In this document: one piece after another, positions 26,627 through 41,175 of the stretch
Layout: every line of letters starts with the position of its first letter
Numbering within the stretch: position 1 is the first letter of the stretch
Assembly (NCBI GenBank): GCA_951406725.2
Contig: OX597819.1
Coordinates: 79,608,001-79,672,000 of the forward strand
DNA from: Octopus vulgaris
Taxonomy: Eukaryota
Direction: 5' to 3'
DNA length: 64,000 bases
Notes under the pieces: generated by a model
Databases searched by the model: none
Seen by the model: the letters and a program-made list of their open reading frames with translations, nothing else
What the model was told of the DNA's origin: nothing
Position numbers and translations under genes: made by a program

Positions 26627-27739
26627 AAAACCTTCTCTTTGGGACGTAGATTTCGGAAATCAAATTGTTTTTTCTAGAGGACGCACTGTTTCAAACTGTT
26701 TTGGGGCTAATCACATATACATAACCACATACACTCTCATTTTTATAGTAGATGCATTCAGTGATATATCATGTGTCTAGGTAACCCAGCAGTATTCACA
26801 AGGAAATGATCATCATCATCATCGTCGTCGTCGTTGTCGTAGACATGTGTATGTGTGTGTGTGTGTGTGTGTGTCTCCTGATTTATCAAATTACCAGGTG
26901 AATTTTAAACATTTTGCACACAGAAAAACACTCACGCACACACACACATGCACACACACACATGCATACACACACATGCACACACACACATGCACACACA
27001 CACACAAAATGAAAATGTTCTGCTGTCATGTGGATACAACGTCCACGTGCGAGAAATGATGTGGTGCAATATTTACAGCATGGAAGTGATGTAACTTCCA
27101 TTGAAAATATTCAGTGATTAGATAGCACAATAGGTTCCAAATACCTAAGTGATTTGAACCTTAGTCTTAAAAAAATATGTAAAGACATAAGGTATTTACC
27201 GCCCTTGAAACGGTGAAGGTTTTCATATATTTCCGGAATATGGATTGTTAAAATGAAAATATATTCTGGCATATCTTTAATTCAGATTTCGTGTTAGATT
27301 TTTGGATTTATGATGAAATAATTTATTTCTTAAGTAGTTGAGCATAGAACTTGGCAAACCTTAAATTTGGAAGATTGTAGCAATTTTGCTGTAGATGAAA
27401 AAAGAGTGCAAATATAACAGTAATAGTACAAGAAAGTATTTGAAGTTCAACCCACGAAATAAATATGGTCGTTTTAAAAGCAAGGCTGAAAATGTTTATA
27501 CAGGTTCGGATATGCCGTCATTAGTCTGAATACAATTACATACTTGAAAAAATTGTTTATGGGAGAATGAACAAGCTTGATGATGTTTATAATGGATGAA
27601 TAAGGCGTAGGTATGACAGTCCATCGGGAGTTCGCTTCGGTACAACTAGCCGTATGGTCCACCTCAGTGCGAAGCACCTTCACCCAAGTTACTTCTGCTG
27701 TAGCTTTGGACTGAACAATGTCTCGAGAGTGAAAGCCAG

Positions 27740-27792
<53 letters not shown>

Positions 27793-27915
27793 TGTATGTA
27801 TATATGTATGTATGTATATTACAGATAACAAAAGGAAAGCAACAGAAAATCCGAGGGATGCACTCATTTATTATCATTAAGTTGATCTCATGGACGGAAA
27901 ATTTATAGAGTAAAA

Positions 27916-27950
27916 GTATAACGTTTCGGATATATTCATTCGTCAGATAC
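27916..27950 (-). ncRNA. Minimal hammerhead-like motif in a Penelope-like fragment (about 27820-28060)
   Basis: Minus strand gtat CTGACGA atgaatatatcc GAAA c GTT atac; stem II is imperfect. Confidence 0.45.
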
Positions 27951-29210
27951 AAGGAGGAGGTTTAGGCGAGATTATGAATGGAATAAAGAGAAGGAAATAA
28001 CCAAAATAAAAAGAATAAATAAGAGTTAGGGAAGAAATGCAAATGGGTTAGATTCACATGATCGACCTCTGTATATACATACATATAACCATACATATAT
28101 ACATACATAGTTACACGGGCAGAAAGCGAAGGAAATAAACAAGAAAAATTATTTTTAAAGGTCTATCCCATTAATCGATTTCTAGTTTAGGGCTGTAATA
28201 CTCTTTACCATCATCTGTATGACATAACCCAACCCGTGTTCATATGATAAATATGGTAGTTTTAGAGCTATTTGGTGTCTACTTCTAGCATGTGGCGCTA
28301 CTCGGTAATTGCCCTTATTATAATTATATTTATAAAATTACATACTTTGTATTAATTCTTACTTAAATGGTTTATTAAATGCTAGCTATTGGATAAAATC
28401 CTATATAGATTTTATCTTTGGGTATAATGATAAATATGAATCACTTCAATCATCTTATCCACTGCTGAATTATTTTGACTATTCAGACGTGGTTGAGATG
28501 AACGAACCATATTTAACTTGTATATAAATGTGAACGTTTGTATATGCACTGTGGATATGCTGTGTTCGTATGGTATGTATAAAGGTTTATAATTATGAAC
28601 TCTGAGTTATATCATACTGCTGACTGTAGAGCGTACTAAATCCCTAAAGTAAAAATCGATCTATGGCTAAACCTTTTTTAAAAAATGTTTTTGTTCATTT
28701 CCCTCGCTTTCAGCCCGTGTCTATGTGGTAAATAAGATACTTTTAGAGCCATTTGGCACCTAATTCTAGCATGTGACGCTCCTCAGTAGTTGCCTTTATT
28801 ATAAATAAATTGTATGGTGATTGTATGTATGCGCGCGCACGTACACACACATATAGAAATATTTGGGCATATGTGTGCACGCATTTGTCGGTGAATGCTC
28901 TGCTCTTGCAACGATGAGTTAAATAAAATAGTCTTCTACATAGACAATAGGTTTGGGCAAAACTGGCATCTTGACGGACAACAGCCCTAATAAAATGTAT
29001 TAGTATTATGCCGACAAGAGAAGCAAATGCAAAACGAAAGGACGATTCCTGTAAAAACTTAGTCGTCATCAAATAAGGAACTTTTGTAAAATTTTCATTT
29101 AAGATTACTTTCTTACCAGACCGACGATGAAGTACTGGGAAGTAGTTATGAAAGCCACTGAGGATAAGAGAGAATGCAATAAGAAATACTTTTAATCACA
29201 TATCTGTATA

Positions 29211-29750
29211 CAGTAATGCCTCGATATATGAATTGATTCGTTCCCGGAGATTGCTCGTAAAGCGAAAACTCGTAAAGCAGATAATAGTTTCAAATAGCAG
29301 CAATGCAATAAATCGTAATTCGTTCCCAGAAGAGTATTTTACCAATTAAATTTATAATACTTGTAAATAAATGGCAATAAAACAGCTGCAGAATGTAAAG
29401 AGTATTTTATGTAAAGTAAAAAGAGTGTCAAGATCATTTGTAACAAAAATTATTATAATTATAATCGTTTTCTGAATCCCTTTCAATCGCGCGCACTATC
29501 ATTTGTAGATGTGATCGCCGATTCACAAGCACTCGTAGACGGACTTGTAGATTTCGTTTTAAAAGACAAAGCTAGAGTTGTTTGCTTAGAAGCTTTTCTT
29601 CACTCTCTATAAATTTCTCGGTGACCCACAGAAGAATTTACAGTAGTAGAAACTTATGCATTTCGTTCAAAATTTGGATCTTGTACTTCAAAAGTAAAAC
29701 TCGTAAGCCTGGGGTCTCGTAAAGCGGGTCCTCGTAAAATGAGGCACTAG
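29211..29750. mobile_element. Tigger/pogo-like MITE
   Basis: TA|cagtaatgcctcg at the left and tgaggcactag|TA at the right, with subterminal repeated ctcgtaaagc motifs at both ends. Confidence 0.7.
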
Positions 29751-29824
29751 TATATTGTATAGGGGACGAGAAAGTAAATGTATATAAGCCAGAGATTAAC
29801 AAGTTATTGTCTACTACATAAAAG

Positions 29825-30035
29825 TCGGTGAGACGTCAGAATCGTAAGCACGGTGAACAAAATGCTTAGCGGCATTTCGTCCATCTTTGCATTCTTAGTT
29901 CAAATTCCGCCAAGTTCACCTTTATCTTTCATCCTTTCGGGGTCGACAAAGTAATTACCAGTTGAGAACTAAGGTCGATGTTATCGACTTCACCCTTCCC
30001 CCAAAATTGCAGGTATGGTGCCAAAAATTACAAAC
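29825..30035 (+). mobile_element. SINE family B
   Basis: aaatgcttagcggcatttcg..tttcatcctttcggggtcga. Confidence 0.8.
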
Positions 30036-30101
30036 AAATGCCTACTGTTTCAATATTCATATGTATCTCTCTAGCATTGTAACTGTCTGTCTGTCTGTCT
30101 A

Positions 30102-30202
<101 letters not shown>

Positions 30203-30432
30203 TTACCCATCTACCCCTCTCTCTCTCTATTTATCTATCTATCATTAGCATGTGTGTATTTCTGTCTGTCTGTCTTCCTTTCTTGCTATCTATCAAGCTA
30301 TCTACCAATTTGTGTATGTAGATATTTACAAGCATAATTACGTATACATACATGTGTATATACGTGTGCATGAATGTAGCTATATATTATGTATGTGTTT
30401 ATATATATATATATATGTATGTGTTTATATAC

Positions 30433-30470
<38 letters not shown>

Positions 30471-31135
30471 TGTGTTTATATATATATATTATGTATGTGT
30501 TTATATATATATATATATATATATATATGCAAATATATATGTATATATTAGATTAGATTAGCTCTCGCTGCTGTTATATCTGTAAGTCACGTATGACAAC
30601 ACTGCTTGGCTTCGATCACCTTTTACATAACATTTCTGACCTGTTTCAGTACAAATACGCTAAGTTCAAATATCCAAATTGTTAGCACAATAGTACATGT
30701 AATATTATCATTGTCAGCAACCAGCTATACAAAAGTCAATTTATACAAACATATATATGAATACATACATACATACGTACGTACATACATACATACATAC
30801 ATACATACATACATACATACATACATACATACATACATACATACATACACACATACATATATATGAGAAAAACTGAGAGGGTGAGTTAAAAAGGAAGACA
30901 GATAGACAGATGGATAGATAGACAGCGTGATATAGAGATAAATTTTAAAAGAATGATGTTCACTGGAATTTTAAATGAAGCAGGTGAATATACATTTTAA
31001 TTACTCTTTCAACATACATGCGCACGTACGCACGCACGAGTATGTATATATACATACATGTGTATCTATATACAACAGTGTTCATACTATATATGGAAAT
31101 ATACACATACATAAATATAAACATATATATATACA

Positions 31136-31196
<61 letters not shown>

Positions 31197-31233
31197 GTCT
31201 ATCTGTCTGTCTGTCTGCCTGTCTGTCTGTCTA

Positions 31234-31324
<91 letters not shown>

Positions 31325-31485
31325 CTGTGTGTGCGTGTGTGCGTGTGTGTGTGTGAGTGTGTGTGTGTGTGTATTACGGAGCATATAAAGCTACTAGTAT
31401 ATAAAGCTTCCTCTTGTGTGGGTATCGAATATTAATAATTATCAATAAAGCTAAATGCAGACATCCATATACATATATACATACA

Positions 31486-31517
<32 letters not shown>

Positions 31518-32409
31518 CATATATACATATATACATATGCATATATATAAATTCATACATGTATATATGTGTATATACACACACACACATTTATGTATAT
31601 ATACACAGATTTATATAAGAAAAATACAAAAGACACATATACACTCGTACCTAGAGAAATTTTCCAATATTTAAATACATGCACACAAATACATACCAAA
31701 GCGGTAATTGACAGCAATGGCTAATTAATCCTATTTTGCTTTCTAATTAATACAGGATGTTAAACAAGATGACGTTGAAAAATCCCGGCATCCCATTCCG
31801 CACAAAGATGAAGAGATCAAGAAATTCCAGCGAGGGTTAATTCTCAGTGTGTGGGCATGTGCAAGTCGCTCAGAATCAGCTCTTTGAACAAAGTTCATGA
31901 ATAGTTTTGAAGAGAAGTGAATGAAATGGTGTAGGCGTATGTGGGTGTGGGTGTGTGGGGTGTGGTGGTGGGGGTGGAGGAAGCAATGAGTGAGACGGTT
32001 GGGAGATGGATGCTGTTAAAAAGGGCATCGCCAGTAAATAGCGTTGCATTTATTCAGAAACGCGCAATGTAGATATGCATAAAGCTCTCTCTCCCTCACT
32101 TTCTCTGTTGGTATACACACACACACACACGTACATATATATGCATATATATATATATGTATAAACACACAAACACACATGTACATACACACACACACAT
32201 ATATATATACATACACATACGTAGATATATGTATATATATATGTATATAAACACATGTATTCATATATACATATACATATATTTACAAATATATATGTGT
32301 GTGTGTACACACATCAATACAAGTACACGCATTTACCCTTCAACACCACTCTTTCGTTCTCTTTTATTTTATTTCTCTCCTTTACTCTCTCTCTCTCTCT
32401 CTCTCTCTC

Positions 32410-32445
<36 letters not shown>

Positions 32446-32770
32446 GGTCCCGGGTTGATTCGGGGTTAACCACATTCGGGGCTTCCTGAAGATTTCTCTT
32501 GAATGAAACAGTACTAGTCCTTATATAATAAAAAAAAAATATATATATATATATATATTGTATATATACATAAAAATATATGTGTCTGTATATATTTAGG
32601 CTTGTATAGCAGACAAATTTCTACATGCCCATTCATATATACACATACATGCTTACATGGACATATGCATATAAACAAACCTACACAAACACGCGCCAGC
32701 GAAAACAGCACACGACGGGCAAATATTTCCCACACAAAAATTACTTCTAAATACCCCTCACGGCAGAAAC

Positions 32771-32990
32771 AAGGCAGCGAGCTGGCAGAAACGTTAGCGT
32801 AGCCGTATTTCGTCTGTCGTTACGCTCTGAGTTCAAATTCCACTGAGGTCGACTTTGCATCTCATCCTTTCATGGTCGATAAATTAAGTACCAGCTACGC
32901 ACTGGGGTCGATGTAATCGATTGAAATCCTTTGTCTGCCCTTGTTTGTCCTCTCTCTGTTTAGACCCCTGTGGGCAATAAAGAAATAAAT
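32771..32990 (+). mobile_element. SINE family B variant with Tx1-LINE-like 3' tail
   Basis: Family B head and core, followed by a different tail ending ccctgtgggcaataaagaaa. Confidence 0.8.
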
Positions 32991-33188
32991 ATATGTACAT
33001 ACACATCAACACACACAAAGACATGTTTTTTCTATCTGCTGTTAACTCAACTGCCCAAGAATGCCCCATTATTTCCTATTCCTAATTTCCTGCCATACAG
33101 CGTCCAAACATATAAACCAACACCATGTGCTTTCTTCGCTGGTATTGCATTTTCTCCCTGTTAATTCTCTCTGTTAATTCTCAAGAGC

Positions 33189-34320
33189 GTGGAACCGCTA
33201 GAAGAGACCGTGGTAGCGTTATTGCATTTAGAAAATGAAGTAAGAATTATTGTGTGTAATATAATCCTGGAACTGCCGGTGACAACGCATGATACAAAAA
33301 TGAAATCTGTAGAGAATAGTTACATTACAAAAATGAAAGAAACATTGAAAAATAAGCATAATAAAAATACAAATTCAAATAGTTTCTCACTATGCGACGA
33401 TGTCTTAATGTACGCGCAGAGAGTAGTAATACCAAGGGCACTACAGAAACGAGTATTGCAACAATTCAACAGTGGGCATCCGGGAATGTCCAGAATGAAA
33501 GCTTTAATGAGAAATTTTGTATATTGGACGACTATGGATAGGAACATTGAGAAATTGGTGAAAGCATGAAGAGGTTGCGCATTGGTAACCAAAGCATCAC
33601 CAGTAAAATACCAATCGCGGTCGGAGACTGAGAGACCATGATCGAGGATACATCTCGACTACGCTGGACCAGTGAACGGCACATACTATCTAATCGTTGT
33701 AGGTAGCTATAGAAAGTGGCCAGAGGTATGCAGATGTAATAAACCGACAGCAAAGACAATAGTAAAGTTCCTACTTGAGTTATTTGGTCGATACGGTGTT
33801 CCAGACCCGTAAGATTCAGATAATGGAATACAATTCATGGGATATGAATTAAGAAATTTCTGCAAAATACTAGCAATTCAGCACGTCCTTACCCCGCCCT
33901 ATCATCCAAGGTCAAATGAACAGGCGGAATGATATGTCGACACGTTCAAAAGAGCTCTAAGAAAAGCTAGGAACGCGCTAGATAAGGACAGGGCAGTAAC
34001 GAAATTTTTGAGAGTATATAGAATAACGCCAAATCCAAATGCTAATCCAGGGAAGTCATCAGCGGAGTTAATGTTCGCGCGTAAAATAAAATCGAACTTC
34101 AATAAATTATTGCCAGGAAAATATATAAAGGAAAGACAAAAAATATATCTGAAGGCAATACAAAAATTATTACAAAACATTCCGAAGTAAGTGATAAAGT
34201 TCCTTTTAAAAATTACAAAAATGGTCAAGAAGGTTGGGAGGGTGGCTGTGTAATCAAGAGATTATACGTAACATGATGTATTTAATTAAAGGACAACGTT
34301 CAGAACATAAGAGACATGTA
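33189..34320 (+). pseudogene. Ty3/Gypsy LTR retrotransposon integrase remnant
   Basis: RVVIP..GHPGMSRMK..VYW..*RGC zinc-binding region, RIHLDYAGP, KWPEV, SDNGIQF and PPYHPRSNEQAE*YVDTFK, with several stops and frameshifts; no LTR seen. Confidence 0.9.
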
Positions 34321-34384
34321 AGTTTAGAGATTCAGTGCTCAATATATTTACTATAGTGCTATTTGTAAGGAAATATCGAGAAAA

Positions 34385-34672
34385 CAAAAGCTGGTCTAGT
34401 CTTGAAGCTGATTGACCGAAGGCCGTGTGGGATTTATGCGTAATGTTCGCAATTGGCACTTAACTTATCGATTCCGAAGCGATGAAAGGCAAAGTCGCCC
34501 TCGGCGGAATTTGAACTCAGAACGTAGCGGACTTCAAATTCTGCCGAAGTGTGACTTTGCCTTTCATCCTTTCGGGGTCTTAAAATAAGTACCACTGGCA
34601 CACTGGTGTCAATGTAATCTATTTACCTCCCCGACCGAACTTGTTGGCCTTGTGCCAAAATTTGAAATTAAT
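34385..34672. mobile_element. Inverted pair of SINE family B fragments
   Basis: gatgaaaggcaaagtcgccctcggcggaatttgaa (minus) is immediately followed by ttcaaattctgccgaagtgtgactttgcctttcatc (plus). Confidence 0.75.
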
Positions 34673-35777
34673 ATTAAACTATTTTGATGTGAGAAAAAAG
34701 TTCGGCTGTTTATAGATTAGAATGTACTCAAAAAAATTAAGCAAGTTTGAGCATTGGTCAGGAGATAAATCAAATCTCATCGGTACGAAAGATGAAAATA
34801 AGGATGTTGCTGAATAGGTTTACATTTGAATCCCGGGAGTTGTAGTCTCCCAGTTTGCGTTCAAATTGAATATTCGCTTTAATTCTTTTATCAATATAAG
34901 GTACACTCGTCAAACAATCTAGAAATGTTCCACATGGTCACTAGATGTTCTAGAAATAGAAGCAAAATTTTCCTCAAATAACACTCAACAGACTAAAATC
35001 CCTGGAAAGAGATATGGTCACGGTCTTCGATTCCTGGTCTGTTCAGTCAGATCTAATCTGAAGCAAACCACAACAATAACACCAATTGCTGGTGTGTTTA
35101 CTAGGCTCTTTGTAATCCACTAGCCTACTCACAACAAAATTTCAGGTCTTCAGTCTATAGCAGAAAAAACAAAACAAAACAAAACAAAAAGCAGTATCGG
35201 TAATAACAGCAACGAAGGAAAAATTCGTGATTTTCTATATAATATGCCCTTGAGTAAATAATGCTGTGTAACACGATTTTTGTCATTGGGTAGCAACTGT
35301 TATTTCCTATTTGTTTATCCTGAGAAAGTATGAAAAATGGCTAATATTTCCTTAGAATATCTCACAGCACATGGCTATGATGTTCTCCTCTACTCCTGCT
35401 CACGATCAAGATTGCACATATTGTCAGACACTAAGGGACATGCTCAACTAGTTATGATCAAGTTACTGACAAGCACATTTGTGGTATTGAGCAGAATATT
35501 TGCTTATGAAGATATTTCTGTTTCAGCAACTCAACGCTGAATCTTTCTGAAATGTAATGGAAAATAGGTCAGTTACAAAACATTGACGTCCAGATCACAA
35601 AACCTATGTATGAAGGGAATAGTAGTCATTTCCTTTGATATCTAGATAGAAAAGAATAGGAAATTTCACTTACTGACCGAAGAGAAAACATAATAAAAAT
35701 TGTTACACAGTGTAGTTTACCCTGGAGTGAGTGTTAGTAAAACTTAGTTTACAATAATATTTATCACATTATACGAC

Positions 35778-35955
35778 AGAATGCTTAACGAAATTTCGTT
35801 GTTCTGAGTTCAAATTCTGAGATCGACTTTGCCTTTTATACTTTATTTTCAGGGTCGATAAAATAAATTCTAGTTGATTACTGGGATCGATGTAATTGAC
35901 TTAACTCCTGGCCCCGAAATTGCTAGCCTTACGCCAAAATTTGAAACCAATATTA
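35778..35955 (+). mobile_element. SINE family B, decayed
   Basis: ttctgagttcaaattc..tcgactttgcc..gccaaaatttgaaacc. Confidence 0.7.
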
Positions 35956-36057
35956 ATCACATCATAGAACCGAAAACTTCGAACTTGTTACCGTCAAATG
36001 TCAATTGCACGAAGATTTTGCCAGAACAATCTACGAAAAGGAAGCCAAAAAACAAAC

Positions 36058-36119
<62 letters not shown>

Positions 36120-36778
36120 TGTGCGTGTTTGCATAGATATATATATATATATGTATATATGTGTGTGTATATATGTATATATGTGACTAAAGATAAGTAA
36201 AACACAAGCCAAAAAAATAACTATAGAAGCATCCATAAAACAGGAAAAAAAAGAGAGAAAAGAAGGTTCAAAATAATTCCAACTTCACACCAGACTTATT
36301 CATTGTGGTGCTCTTTAGATTGCGTCTGTCAATATGAGGTGAGCGTAGACAACGTCGCTAAGGCAATAACACGGTCAAAGAACAAGAAAAAGCAAAAAAA
36401 AAAAAGGAAGCGGGTGGCAGATTAATTTAGCCATAAGGAAGCGAGGTGTGAAAAACAATTGGAAATGTTAATGGTTAGGCAGTGTATTGCACTCCGTAGC
36501 AAAAACATTGTTGACTTGGTGTCCACATTTCTTATCTGTTTGTGTATTTTATTTTTCTGCGTTCATTACATACTGAGAATAGGTTTACGCTTCAAAAATA
36601 TCCTGTTAAAAACTACACTTTACAACTTCGCTCTTGCTTTTCTATCAAACACAGATTTTTGTCGAATCAACTCCCTTCGATATACACACACGTGTGTGTG
36701 AGTGCGTGTGTGTGTGTGTGGATATATATGTATATATATATATATACACATACATAAGAATATATGTATACATATGTG

Positions 36779-36813
<35 letters not shown>

Positions 36814-37003
36814 GTTTACACACACACACATATATACGTATATATGTGTGTGTATGTGTAAGTGTGTGTGTAAAACAGTAATCCTATCTATTTAACAATA
36901 TGCTTATATGTTATTTAATCGATCTCTATATTAACAATGTATTTTAACGTGCCTTTTTTCTCTTCACACTTGTGTCTTTCTCTCCCTATCTTTATATACA
37001 TAC

Positions 37004-37104
<101 letters not shown>

Positions 37105-37143
37105 TATATTTATAAATAGATAGATAGCTTCACGTATACATAC

Positions 37144-37201
<58 letters not shown>

Positions 37202-37575
37202 GTATGTATATACACCACGTGTCTGTATGTGTGTATATGTATAAATAAGTGTGTGTATGTTTGTGTATAATTGCCATGTATGTATCTCTATGACTGCAGT
37301 GTCCACTACAGAAAAAGTCCGTGCAAGAATGGAAGCGGCAGACGATTCTAACTGAGGACGCCAGTGTCAACATTAATAAATGTTTTTTGCCTTACATGAA
37401 ATAGGTGTGCGTATATATATATGCATATGAATACATAGGGTGAAAGTACAGGAGTTTTTGAGTACTAATAAGTGTAATCTGTATGTTTGGCCGTGAAATG
37501 GCACAAGCTTTTTCCCAACTCAATATCAGACACACGCATGTATACATATAGTATATATATATATATATATATATA

Positions 37576-37627
<52 letters not shown>

Positions 37628-37819
37628 TCATGTAGGCATGTGTATACACACAGAGACATACACGCATACACATATATTTATAAACCAACATACATACACA
37701 CATACATGAACACACACATTCGCACACATATATATAGATGTCAACTGCCTCACAGTTTTATTGTTTTTTTCTGTAGTGAGGAGCGAAATACAAGCACATA
37801 GTATTACACACTTGTACGC

Positions 37820-37984
<165 letters not shown>

Positions 37985-38556
37985 CATATGTATCTGTACA
38001 TACATACATTCACGTACATATACATTTATCTATACATACATACATATAGCCAGACACACACAATTTCCGTATGTATGTGTGTGTGTTTTTGTGAGTTTGT
38101 GTGCGTGTGCGTGCGTTTGTATGAATGTGATTCACCTTTCAGATCCCGCGGGTGTAAATGTAAACGGCCTTGTTTTGTGTAAAATATGAGTAAAAATATG
38201 GTTTTTTTTTTAATTTTCTTTGCTGTTCATTTTCCATCTTTTAATGATAACTCTACAAAATCTGTTGAAATGGTGTAAAATGCCAAGAACATTCCAAGTT
38301 GTTGCTGAAGTCTTTAGAGGTTTTCATAATTTTATTTTCTTCATGTTGCTGCTCCTGATGGTGAAGGGGGAGGTGGGATTGTTGTGTTTAGACCTTCTTT
38401 GAACTGATTGGTTGTTAAAAATTATTCCATTCATATCAATTTTTATTTGTAATTAGACACGAACATACATACATACATGCATGCATACATAGTACATACA
38501 TACATATATGTGTGTGTGTGCATATCGTATATATACTATATATATCAAATATATAT

Positions 38557-38595
<39 letters not shown>

Positions 38596-38623
38596 CATAT
38601 ACATGTATAAATATATCTATACG

Positions 38624-38685
<62 letters not shown>

Positions 38686-39161
38686 CATACATATATAAAT
38701 ATACACATACACATATATATATACATATACATATATGCATACACACACACGCTCACACACACACAGAGATACATAAAAACATACATACATGTCCACGTGT
38801 GTGATTATGGGTGTGTGCGTGTATGACTGTGTGGAGATATTCGCTTATTGGCCATCTGTCTTTTAATGTGACCTCGGGCTGACGAAGCCTATATGTATTT
38901 ATACATACATACATACATACATACGATACTAATCTTGACTATAGAAATCTGCAAGACATAAAGATTTTACAAATGATGAGCAAAACAAGATGCTTTCCGT
39001 CACAACCTTGCTTCTAAGTAGCCGTCGGTCAAAATTTACTGTTAAGTCAAAAGAAGAAAACGTACATAAATGTGTAAGTACATACGTACGTATGTCAAAA
39101 CATACATCTATATACACATTTGCATCCCAAACACATATATAGTTATCTACGTATAAATATA

Positions 39162-39376
39162 TTCTTTTACTCTTTTACTCTTTTACTTGTTTCAGTCATT
39201 TGACTGTGGCCATGCTGGAGCACCGCCTTTAGTCGAGCAAATCGACCTCGGGACTTGTTCTTTGTAAGCCCAGTACTTATTCTATCGGTCTCTTTTGCCG
39301 AACCGCTAAGTGACGGGGACGTAAACACACCAGCATCGGTTGTCAAGCAATGCTAGGGGGACAAACAGACACACAA

Positions 39377-39428
<52 letters not shown>

Positions 39429-39595
39429 TTACGACAGGCTTCTTTCAGTTTCCGTCTACCAAATCCACTCAGAAGGCATTGGTCGGCCCGGGTCTATAGC
39501 AGAAGACACTTGCCCAAGATGCCACGCAGTGGGACTGAACCCGGAACCATGTGGTTGGTTAGCAAGCTACTTACCACACAGCCACTCCTGCGCCT
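39162..39595 (-). mobile_element. Composite SINE family A, full-length young copy
   Basis: Complete head, microsatellite and tail; shares diagnostic variants with the 3814 copy. Confidence 0.9.
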
Positions 39596-40459
39596 ATATG
39601 TATATCTATATACACACATATATGTATGTGAGTATATGTACTTAGGAACGTTTTGCACGCGTCCGCATATTTATTTAAAACATTGGTTCCAAGCCATTTT
39701 CTGCCTATGGACCGCTTGAATTCCTAGTTTACTCTACTGGATATCGTGCTAAAAAAATCCTGTTATATTTTTATAATTCAATATTATTAGTAAATGTATA
39801 AAAATTGTTGAACTTTGTGTATAACCAATTTTTTCAAGCAAATTTTAATAGCAACATCGTATATTGGAACCCCAAGGATCATGTAGACTCCGGTTGAGAC
39901 CAATGGTTTAGAACTTTAAAATATTCATATGAAGCAAGACTGATTCCTCAGAACAGGTGTAGAGTAGAGTCTAGATATTAATATATTTATTGTTGAGTTG
40001 AACGCAGCGTTTCTCAGAGTTCCTTGCGGCAATCTTCATTAGGTGTATACACCCATATCGACTTTAAAAAAATTACGAGGGAAACAGAGATACCGCGGCT
40101 TACTGAGAGGATTTTATGGTGCCGCCACCAAACAACAGCATCGCTCTGATAAAATGGAATATAATAGAGATCAGAAAGAAAAGAAATAAGCCATTTGCAA
40201 AATCCAGAAAAATATTAACAAAATGTTGACTGCATCACCCAAGAACTAAATCATATTATACAAAAATCCTTAGGTTGAATTATAGTAGAAGTTTTGTGCA
40301 GCATGAGTTAATATATGAAACTGATATAGTTGAACCAGTTACTTGTCGCCAATGAAATGTTGGACATTCTACTCTAAGAAGTTGCTAAGCTCAACAAAAA
40401 TGAAATATGTATATATGTATGTATATGTATGTATGTGTGTTTACGTGTGTATGTGTGTG

Positions 40460-40670
40460 TAACCTTTTGTTTGGCCCACCACCATCGCTTGACAATCGGA
40501 ATTGGTTTATGTCCCCGTAAGATTAGCTGTTCGGCAAAATAGAGCGATAAAATAAGTTCCAGATTTTAAAATATAAATAAATGTACTGCGGTCAGTTTAT
40601 TCGATTAAGTACTTCAAGGTGGTGCTCCAGCATGGCCGTGGCCAAGTGTCTGAAGCAAGCAAAAAAAAAA
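40460..40670 (+). mobile_element. SINE family A tail
   Basis: ccaccatcgcttgacaa..ggtggtgctccagcatggcc. Confidence 0.7.
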
Positions 40671-40974
40671 AGTACGGAAATAGGTTCTTTCTAAATCTTT
40701 GCTAATTTAAACAAAGAACGACGAAAATATATCAAACACTTCTCCGGACAATTTCCTGCCGTAGTTTTATAAACCGGGTTACGACAAATATTACTGTCTT
40801 AGCTTACTTCTTGTTCAACAGTTGAAATTTGAGACAAAGATACACACACACACACAAACAGACCCCTCCCCCTTGCTAAGGTTGTAATTATTTAATCGAC
40901 ATCGAACGAATGAAAAGCAAAGTTGATCTTGACGAATAATAATAATAGCAACAACAATAATTTTTTAGATTTAA

Positions 40975-41175
40975 GTTCAAGGTCAGAGATTTTGAGAGAA
41001 GATGGTAGTCGATGCTATTTTGACCTTTCTATTCGACTGGTATATCATTTTATCAAACACTGAGAGACGAAAGGCAGTATTGGCTTCGGCAAGACTTCAA
41101 ACTCGGAACATAAAGGGTCGGAACAAATACCACGCGGCATATTTTCCGATGCTCTAACGATTCTGCTAACCTACA
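40975..41175 (-). mobile_element. SINE family B, decayed
   Basis: gaaaggcag..ctaacgattctgcta. Confidence 0.55.

Noticed and set aside
39860-40130. hAT/Charlie-like terminal motifs (ggttgagaccaatg, cagcgtttctca)
   Set aside because: Too short, facing outward, and no paired TIRs or TSD found.
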